Shown one piece after another: positions 46,014 through 52,849 of a stretch of DNA of 52,849 nucleotides. A program made the translations under genes and the position numbers. Every line of letters begins with the position of its first letter. Position 1 is the stretch's first letter. Below the pieces are notes generated by a model. The model did no database searches and was not told the origin of the DNA. It was given only the letters and a program-made list of their open reading frames with translations. Location of the stretch: positions 1-52,849 of the forward strand of contig JAEOTB010000032.1 of the NCBI GenBank assembly GCA_016840065.1. Reading direction: 5' to 3'. The stretch is from Candidatus Hermodarchaeota archaeon. Its GTDB lineage: Archaea > Asgardarchaeota > Hermodarchaeia > Hermodarchaeales > Hermodarchaeaceae.

Positions 46014-48881
46014 TTAGTAGGTTATTCCTCGTTTTCGGCTGCCCCATTTCACAATCTCCATACCCACAATTGCAGGGAGAGCCAGTGAGAATGCAATAAG
46101 CCAATCAAATGCCATCAGCGGTATGTACTCGAAGAGTCCAAGGATGTATCCGAAAAGCCCACCAGCACTAGCAGCCAGTATGTCAGGATACAGTATTGGA
46201 ACATACATCAGCCCCCAGTGCATCAAGAAAACAAAGCCTATCATGGCATAGATGAACCAGTAGCTTTCCCGTCTTATCGAGCGGGTTAAGGGCTGGTTTA
46301 TACGGCGGATGCTAAGAATCATGAATGATTCAGCGAAAAGAAGAACCGTAATGGAAATCATTTGCGCCTTTTGAAGCGCTTCAGCCGCATATGGTGTCAG
46401 ATGCGTGCTACCAGGTAGAATCGCACCCCATGTGAAGAAGTATGCTATCGCAACCCCTATGGAAATTAGGACCGCGTTAAGAACTAGATAGACGGCTAGT
46501 TGATGATTGATTATTGATTCTGTGTTGCGAGGAGTTTCTTGCATTGCATCCTTTGCTGGTCGGTCAAAAACTAATGCGAGCCCAGGCCATGTGTGGCTAG
46601 AGATTGTAAGAAAGATATGTTGCCAGTAGGTGAGAAAGGTAATACGGAAAAGGAATGTCCCAAAGAAGAGGACAGATTCAGCCAAGTTAATGGCAACATA
46701 GAAGAAAATCATCATCCGGATCTTGTTGAAGAGGCTTCGCCCCTGCTTGATTCCTTCGACGATGGAGGTGAAACTATCATCGGTGATTATCATATCGGAA
46801 GCTTCTTTCGCGACGTCAGTTCCTGTGACGCCCATGGCGATTCCGACATCGCTAATACTTAGGGCGAGTGCGTCGTTCACTCCGTCGCCTGTTACTGCAA
46901 CAGCTCTGTCTGTATCTTTATACCGTTGTACGATTACTTGTTTGTCGTCAGGGTCTACTCGGGCAAACACGCTTGTTCTTTGGAATTTGTCATCACTAAG
47001 TTCTGTGGCTTCTTTCCCTTCAAAGACGAGGTCATCATCACTGACGATTTCTAGCTGGCGTCCAACTGTTCGAGCGGTTGCAGCGCTATCGCCAGTCACC
47101 ATCACTGTTTTGATTCCTGCACTAGTGCATTCCTGAACGGCTTCCCGAACCCCTTCCCGTGGAGGGTCAAGGATGCAGACAAAACCTACAAAGGTGAGAT
47201 TCTCCTCAACTTTTTCCCTTTCGTTTTCTCCACCTGTCTTGGGGAGCTTGGGTAGCCGTTTGAAAGCTAGGGAGAGGACTCGATACCCGCCAGCAGCGAA
47301 TTCGCCAGCGTATTTGGAGATCACCTTTGCACGCTTGGGAGTCATTTTCTGGCTATTCTTCTCATCCCCTATCCTCGTACATCTTGAAAGCAGGATATCA
47401 GTTGCCCCTTTAACAAAAACGATGTATCCGCCCTCAGGGTATGTAAAAATGCGAGTCATACGTTTTAGCCGAGAGTCAAAGGGATAATTCCGTACCATCT
47501 GGAAATCAAGAAGGGAACGCTCGGAGATACCGCTTTTTCGGTATAATGCAAGCAACGCTGCTTCGGTGGGGTTTCCTACCGCTTTCCATCGAATCTCTCC
47601 ATCATCAGATTTCTCTGTCTGTATCTCGGCGTCGTTGTTCAATCCGCCAATCCTTATGAGAAGCGCAAGCCTACTATCTGCTTTGAGCTTCACAGGAGTT
47701 TTAGAAACGTGCATTACATTCTCATCTACGCTTTCAACGGCGTAGATTTTCCCTTCGGGTTTGTATCCCTTGCCAGTGACCTTGTATAGATGCTCTCCGT
47801 CCCATACAAGATCAGTGACCATCTCGCTACGAGTTAGAGTGCCAGTCTTGTCAGTGCATATGACGCTTACTCTCCCAAGGCTTTCCACAGCCGACAAATC
47901 ACGGACAACCACTCCGTAACGTGCCATTGCTAAAACACCAGTGATAAGTGTGATCGTAGTCAACAAGGGTATGTTAATCGGCATCACGGTCATCGCGTTT
48001 GTGATTGCCTCTGCAGCCAAATCTGGAAGCGTCGAAGTATCTAAGGGGTGCGGGAATAGGAGTCGGACCGCCAGCGAGACAACTAACAGTATGACAGCAG
48101 CTGTACCAAGCACGAGTGCAAGTCGGTTGACCTTTTGACGAAGAGGAATATCACTGGTGCTCAAGGTTTCGAGGCCCTGGCTGATTTTTCCAATCTCTGT
48201 GTTTTCTCCAGTTTCTGTTACTAGACACATGGCAGAACCTGTGGCTACAAAGGTTCCTCGGTACACCATGTTGGAACGAGCATGGAGGGGGGTTTCAACG
48301 GGTAGGGGCTCCTCTGTTACATCCTTCTCCACAGGCGCGCTTTCACCAGTTAATGATGCTTCACCAGCTGTGAGGTTACTAGCTTTAACTATTCTACCAT
48401 CAGCAGGTATGAGGTCGCCCTGAGTGAGGGCAAGGAGATCGCCTGGGACTACTAGCGTTGTGTCTATCTCCTGTTTTATGCCTTCACGGACCGCGATAAT
48501 AGTGTCGGCTGAAAGAGCTTGGAGTGCTTCTAATTTCTTCTCTGCCCTATATTGTTGAATAATAGCTAGCAACGCATTAAACAGAATAATGGAGAACCAG
48601 ATGGATGCCTGACCGAAATTCCCAAGGAGAAAAAGGGCAGCAGTACTTATTATGTAGATTAAGATTAGACCGTTGAGTATTGGGGCAAGGTAGACACGCC
48701 AAAAGGAGGAACGAATTCGAGGGAGCGAGTTAGGACCAAAGGATTCTAACCGAGTCTCCGCTTTCTGGCTTGATATGCCACTTGTAGAATCCGTTCCTAA
48801 ATCGGAAATAATGTCTGAAAGTGGTCTGCTATGGGGTAGAAGTTCCTCTTGTGGGGGTGTAGCATCGCTTTTTGGTGACAT
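46014..48881 (-). CDS. P-type ATPase, P2-like scaffold with non-canonical ion-binding residues
   Basis: ASLTGES, DKTGTLT, KGA, DPPR, MVTGD and TGDGVND motifs; ~10 TM; M4 reads PINIP. Confidence 0.93.
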   Translation of the reverse strand: MSPKSDATPPQEELLPHSRPLSDIISDLGTDSTSGISSQKAETRLESFGPNSLPRIRSSFWRVYLAPILNGLILIYIISTAALFLLGNFGQASIWFSIILFNALLAIIQQYRAEKKLEALQALSADTIIAVREGIKQEIDTTLVVPGDLLALTQGDLIPADGRIVKASNLTAGEASLTGESAPVEKDVTEEPLPVETPLHARSNMVYRGTFVATGSAMCLVTETGENTEIGKISQGLETLSTSDIPLRQKVNRLALVLGTAAVILLVVSLAVRLLFPHPLDTSTLPDLAAEAITNAMTVMPINIPLLTTITLITGVLAMARYGVVVRDLSAVESLGRVSVICTDKTGTLTRSEMVTDLVWDGEHLYKVTGKGYKPEGKIYAVESVDENVMHVSKTPVKLKADSRLALLIRIGGLNNDAEIQTEKSDDGEIRWKAVGNPTEAALLALYRKSGISERSLLDFQMVRNYPFDSRLKRMTRIFTYPEGGYIVFVKGATDILLSRCTRIGDEKNSQKMTPKRAKVISKYAGEFAAGGYRVLSLAFKRLPKLPKTGGENEREKVEENLTFVGFVCILDPPREGVREAVQECTSAGIKTVMVTGDSAATARTVGRQLEIVSDDDLVFEGKEATELSDDKFQRTSVFARVDPDDKQVIVQRYKDTDRAVAVTGDGVNDALALSISDVGIAMGVTGTDVAKEASDMIITDDSFTSIVEGIKQGRSLFNKIRMMIFFYVAINLAESVLFFGTFLFRITFLTYWQHIFLTISSHTWPGLALVFDRPAKDAMQETPRNTESIINHQLAVYLVLNAVLISIGVAIAYFFTWGAILPGSTHLTPYAAEALQKAQMISITVLLFAESFMILSIRRINQPLTRSIRRESYWFIYAMIGFVFLMHWGLMYVPILYPDILAASAGGLFGYILGLFEYIPLMAFDWLIAFSLALPAIVGMEIVKWGSRKRGITY

Positions 48882-48946
48882 CCCAATTTCCCGTTAAGGG
48901 GTGTTCTTTTTCCTTAAAGTCATTGTGGCACTAGTCGCTTAACCAG

Positions 48947-51313
48947 TTATTTCGGTGGTGTACTGAATTCTCGCATGACATTTGCCATTTCTTGTAATCG
49001 TTTATCGGCTAATTTGTTGATTTCACTAGCTGGTCTTCCGGTTAGTAATTCAATCCCTTCATCGATTGTATCAACGGCGAAGATATGGAATTTACCCGCT
49101 TCCACTGCCTTTACAATTTCCTCCTTCAGCATGAGGTTCTGGATGTTTGCCTTGGGAATAAGAACTCCTTGGTCACCTGTTAGACCCGTTACCTTACATA
49201 CTGCGAAATAGCCCTCGATTTTCTCGTTGACCCCACCAATGGCTTGAATCTCACCATGTTGGTTGACCGAACCGGTTACTGCGAAGCGCTGCTGGATGGG
49301 TACACCAGACAAGGCAGAGAGGAGAGCGTATAGTTCAGTGCTGCTGGCGCTATCTCCTTCGACTCCTGAGTAGCTTTGCTCGAAGACAAGGCGAGCTGAA
49401 AGGCTTAGAGGTTTATCCCGCCCAAATTTCTCCGAGAGGTACCCGCTGAGTATGTGGACGCCTTTGTGATGAATACTACCACCTAATCCTGCTTCGCGTT
49501 CAATGTCGATAACGCGACCACGTCCAGGTGCTACACTTGCGGTAACCCGAGAAGGTCGCCCGAAAGCAAAGTCACCAAGAGAAAGGACAGAAAGGCCATT
49601 AATCTGACCAACTACCTCACCCTTCGTGGTGATGAGAATTACCTCTTTTTCTATGAGTTCGCGTATCTTCTCCTCCAACAAATTAGAGCGATAAAGGCGC
49701 GCCTCTAAAGCCTTAATGATGTGTTTTCGTTCGATGAGGCGTTTACGGTCTTCTTTAGCATAATGATTAGCCTCCCGTATGATGTCAGCGATGACACCGA
49801 AATGAACCGATAGTTTGGCCTGGTTCTCAGCAAGGCGAGAACTATAGTCAACAACTTCCGCAATAGCCTCTGCTGCTAGTTCACGTAATTCTTCCTTCTG
49901 TGTGAGAGACCGGATAAATTGGCAATAGAGGCGGATGTTCTTTTCAGTGCGATCCATGCTTGTATCAAAATCTGCTTTGACCTTGAAGAGCTCGCGGAAA
50001 TCTGGGTCCAGAATATAGAGTTGTTGATAAATGAAGGGATCACCTATTATGACCACCTTGATTTTAAGCGGAATCGATTCTGGACGCAAGGTTTTCATTG
50101 ATAGGAAACCGACCTGCTCCGCTGGCTCTTCAATGACGACATGATTATTTTGTAAGGCTCTCTTAAGAGCTGGGTAAGAAAGAGGTGAAGTGAGAAGCTC
50201 TCGAACGGGAACCACCAAGTAGCCACCATTCACCTTGTGAAGGGCTCCTGGACGAATCATTGAATAGTCCGTAAAGAGGGTTCCAAATCGCGGCTCTTTT
50301 TCAATACGACCAAAAAGGTTTGAATAAGTTGGATTAGTGATTATCATGACTGGAGCGCCTTCTTGTTCGGAGTTGTCAACAATGAGGTTCGCCTTGTACC
50401 GTTTTGAGAACTCCTCAGGAGAAATCCTCCTTGACTGTTGTTGAGGAGGAAGTGTAACATTGCCTTCTTGCCGCCCCATGAAAATACTGAGATTTTCTGT
50501 GATATCCTTGGCGATATCATGAATGAACTCGCTAACCTCGGGGTAATTAGTATACTCATCCAAGAAATCATCAATAATCGGATTCAGAGTAAAGCGTACA
50601 GCATCTTCCTCCATCTTTTTTAGCGCGGCTACAAGTTCACGCTCCAGAGTCTGAAGCGCCCTGAAAAGCTTACGTAGCTCAGTTTCAAGGACTTCGCGTC
50701 GGTTCTCAATGCTCTCCCTTTCCTCTGCAGACATCTTGGCTACTTGTGAGCGCTTTACCTCCTCACCCTCCACTACAGGAACAATGACAAGCCCAGTCTG
50801 CGTGCCTCGAAGAGCGAAACCTGCTTTTTGAGCCTTCTCCTGCATTTTCGTAAGAATATCATTCCGCACCCGCTCATACTGACTACGCCTATCCTCGCGT
50901 GAAGTTACAAACTCTTCACTTTCCAGCATCTTCGTAATCGAGTTCCGCGCAGCCTCAACGAAGTTGTCAAGGTCAACAACAAGAGCCTTACCCTTCCCCG
51001 CGGACAACATCAAAGCCCGAGGCTGATACGGGTCACTGAAATTTGACACATACAGAACATCAGACGGAACAGGCTCCTTAGAGGCGATCTCATTGAGATA
51101 CGTGGTAACAGCCGTCGTACGACCTGTACCATGCCCTCCACTAACATAGATGTTGAAACCATGGTCACTAATCTCCAAGCCAAAAGACAAAGCCTGCAAA
51201 GCCCGCTTCTGCCCCACAATATCCTTCAAAGGTGTGAAATCAGCACTTGATTTACATTTCAAACCCTTGACACTACACACAGCACGAAGTTGTTTAGGCG
51301 TGAGTTCCTTCAA
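48947..51313 (-). CDS. Lon-like protease, LonC/AAA_32 type
   Basis: GQKRA, long coiled-coil insert, PGALHKVNGGYL and VEGDSAS/GGVNEKIEG Ser-Lys dyad; no TM segment. Confidence 0.92.
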   Translation of the reverse strand: MKELTPKQLRAVCSVKGLKCKSSADFTPLKDIVGQKRALQALSFGLEISDHGFNIYVSGGHGTGRTTAVTTYLNEIASKEPVPSDVLYVSNFSDPYQPRALMLSAGKGKALVVDLDNFVEAARNSITKMLESEEFVTSREDRRSQYERVRNDILTKMQEKAQKAGFALRGTQTGLVIVPVVEGEEVKRSQVAKMSAEERESIENRREVLETELRKLFRALQTLERELVAALKKMEEDAVRFTLNPIIDDFLDEYTNYPEVSEFIHDIAKDITENLSIFMGRQEGNVTLPPQQQSRRISPEEFSKRYKANLIVDNSEQEGAPVMIITNPTYSNLFGRIEKEPRFGTLFTDYSMIRPGALHKVNGGYLVVPVRELLTSPLSYPALKRALQNNHVVIEEPAEQVGFLSMKTLRPESIPLKIKVVIIGDPFIYQQLYILDPDFRELFKVKADFDTSMDRTEKNIRLYCQFIRSLTQKEELRELAAEAIAEVVDYSSRLAENQAKLSVHFGVIADIIREANHYAKEDRKRLIERKHIIKALEARLYRSNLLEEKIRELIEKEVILITTKGEVVGQINGLSVLSLGDFAFGRPSRVTASVAPGRGRVIDIEREAGLGGSIHHKGVHILSGYLSEKFGRDKPLSLSARLVFEQSYSGVEGDSASSTELYALLSALSGVPIQQRFAVTGSVNQHGEIQAIGGVNEKIEGYFAVCKVTGLTGDQGVLIPKANIQNLMLKEEIVKAVEAGKFHIFAVDTIDEGIELLTGRPASEINKLADKRLQEMANVMREFSTPPK

Positions 51314-51478
51314 AATAACAACCCTCAGTTATAACTCGTCTATCAAGCTCTCCTAATTTTAAGCTTTACCAGAAGAATAACATTTCGAAAATACTAGTAT
51401 GAAAACACAAATCAGAAGAAAGAAAAGAAAAATTATACCAAACACAAAGCACCCCAAGAATTTGATAAAAGCAAAATC

Positions 51479-51486
51479 TCTTAAGG
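51479..51486 (+). promoter_or_regulatory. putative TATA box of hydrogenase gene
   Basis: GCAAAA-TC-TCTTAAGG ~55 bp upstream of ATG. Confidence 0.4.
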
Positions 51487-51538
51487 GCAAGAGAACAGAG
51501 GAAGGGCATTCTATGGAATCCTGTGTGGGAACCCCGCC

Positions 51539-52729
51539 ATGACGGAAAAAACATTAACAATCCCCCTTGGCCCACAGCACCCGGCCCTCAAAGAACCCGA
51601 AAGCTTCATGATCACCGTTGACGGCGAAATCGTAACCGACGTCGACTTCCGAATAGGATATGTTCACCGAGGCATCGAAAAAGCCTTCGAAAGCCGCAGC
51701 TACATCCAAAACATCTACCTGGCAGAACGAATCTGCGGCATCTGCAGCCAATCACACACCACCTGCTACATCCAGGCTGTCGAAGAACTACTCGACCTCG
51801 ACGTACCAAAACGCGGACTCTACATCCGAGGAATCGTAAACGAACTCAACCGCATCCACAGCCACATCCTCTGGCTCGGCGTAGCAGGCCACGAAATCGG
51901 ATGGGACACCCTCTTCCACTACTCCTGGCGAGACCGCGAACTCTGCATGGACATCATCGAAGAAATCACCGGCAACCGGGTCAACTACGCCAACAACATC
52001 ATAGGCGGAGTACGCCACGACATACCCAAAGACTGGCACCCAGGCATACACAAACGACTCGACAAAATCGAAGAACGAGTCGGCGCCTACGTCAAAACAA
52101 TACTCAACGAAAAAACCATCCTCGACCGCGCCCTCGGCGTCGGCATCCTCAAACCAGACATCGCCAAAAAACTCTGCGCCACAGGACCCACCATCCGAGC
52201 CAGCGGCATCCCCTGGGACGTCCGAGAAACCGAACCCAGAGTCCCCTACATCGGCGCACCCTGGAAAACCCAAACCAGCGACCTCTGCGACGTCGCAGGA
52301 CGAGTCATAGTACGAATGAACGAAACCATCGACTCCATCAAATGCATCCGCCAATGGCTCAAAAAACTACCCAAAGGCGACATCAAAATCCGAGCCCCAA
52401 GAAGAGTACCCGAAGGACAAGCCATCAGCCGATTCGAAGCCCCCCGAGGCGAAGTCGTCCACTACGTGGTATCCAACGGCACCGACAAACCCTACCGCCA
52501 CAAAGCCCGAGCACCAACACTAGCCAACATACCCTGCCTACCCAGCATGCTCATCGGCGGATACATTGCGGACTTGCCTATAGTTTTGGCTTCAATAGAC
52601 CCTTGTTTTAGTTGTACGGATAGAATAATAATTAAACATTCGGATAACCAAACAGAAGAGGTTAGTTGGGAGAAGTTTACGGCGCAGGCTCGTGAGCGGC
52701 GGTTTGCTGAGAAGACTTGGCGTCGTTAG
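51539..52729 (+). CDS. group 4 (energy-converting) [NiFe]-hydrogenase large subunit
   Basis: GPQHP.LKEP, GYVHRGIEK, L1 ERICGIC, EAPRGE and L2 DPCFSCTDR, followed by a C-terminal tail. Confidence 0.93.
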   Translation: MTEKTLTIPLGPQHPALKEPESFMITVDGEIVTDVDFRIGYVHRGIEKAFESRSYIQNIYLAERICGICSQSHTTCYIQAVEELLDLDVPKRGLYIRGIVNELNRIHSHILWLGVAGHEIGWDTLFHYSWRDRELCMDIIEEITGNRVNYANNIIGGVRHDIPKDWHPGIHKRLDKIEERVGAYVKTILNEKTILDRALGVGILKPDIAKKLCATGPTIRASGIPWDVRETEPRVPYIGAPWKTQTSDLCDVAGRVIVRMNETIDSIKCIRQWLKKLPKGDIKIRAPRRVPEGQAISRFEAPRGEVVHYVVSNGTDKPYRHKARAPTLANIPCLPSMLIGGYIADLPIVLASIDPCFSCTDRIIIKHSDNQTEEVSWEKFTAQARERRFAEKTWRR

Positions 52730-52748
52730 CTCGTTTGTTTTATTTGTT

Positions 52749-52786
52749 GGACAGGGTTTTCTCTGTCCTTTTTTCTTTCTTTTTTT
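52749..52786 (+). terminator. hairpin plus poly-T terminator downstream of the hydrogenase gene
   Basis: GGACAGGG-TTTT-CTCTGTCC stem-loop (one G-T pair) followed by TTTTTTCTTTCTTTTTTT. Confidence 0.65.
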
Positions 52787-52849
52787 ATGCAGTGGATTTT
52801 GGGAATGGGGGTTGTCGTTCCTTTTCTTTTGGTTGTGTTAGCCATTGCT

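Noticed and set aside
46014-48881. Calling the ATPase a true P4 flippase
   Set aside because: It keeps TGES and GDGVND rather than the P4 DGET and GDGAND; only the M4 Ile is shared.
51554-52611. Long alternative-frame ORFs over the hydrogenase gene (51901-52611 +, 51788-52354 -, others)
   Set aside because: They are by-products of the extreme codon bias, which removes stop codons from other frames; the translations are low-complexity.
51539-52729. NuoD (complex I) annotation
   Set aside because: Both CxxC Ni-binding motifs are intact, indicating a real [NiFe]-hydrogenase subunit.
51314-52849. Canonical ORB-type replication origin
   Set aside because: No ORB/mini-ORB repeats and no cdc6/orc1 gene were seen; only the skew polarity is origin-like.
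1-52849. CRISPR arrays, IS elements, proviruses, rRNA
   Set aside because: No repeat-spacer arrays, transposase/integrase ORFs or long non-coding stretches; intergenic gaps are all under ~260 bp.

Overview
Gene-dense archaeal chromosomal segment: ~41 CDS and one tRNA, with no mobile elements or CRISPR seen. TATA/BRE promoters, GGTGA/GGAGG ribosome-binding sites, proteasome alpha, type II MetAP, FBP aldolase/phosphatase and Rpo5 mark it as archaeal. The eukaryote-length Rpo5 and several orphans suggest an Asgard-type lineage (inference). The gene content fits an anaerobic peptide/amino-acid fermenter: many peptidases, 2-hydroxyacyl-CoA dehydratase with activator, 4-subunit 2-oxoacid:ferredoxin oxidoreductase, probable arginine synthetase ArcE, and a group 4 [NiFe]-hydrogenase large subunit. 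Most notable observations: (1) a near-absolute strand-composition inversion near 52.6 kb, where 262 consecutive codons avoid T-endings and the last 24 codons of the same gene all end in G/T, with origin-like polarity; (2) a P2-backbone P-type ATPase whose ion site is rebuilt (PEGL->PINI, M6 Asp->His), co-oriented with a CruF-like membrane enzyme; (3) an Rpo5 carrying a eukaryotic-RPB5-like N-terminal domain; (4) a CoA-transferase-fold pair lacking the catalytic Glu and resembling the AibA/AibB decarboxylase; (5) a tRNA-Arg/argS/arcE arginine cluster; (6) active-site-divergent NYN and SHMT homologues. Family calls and reference-motif comparisons come from recalled motifs; no database searches were run.
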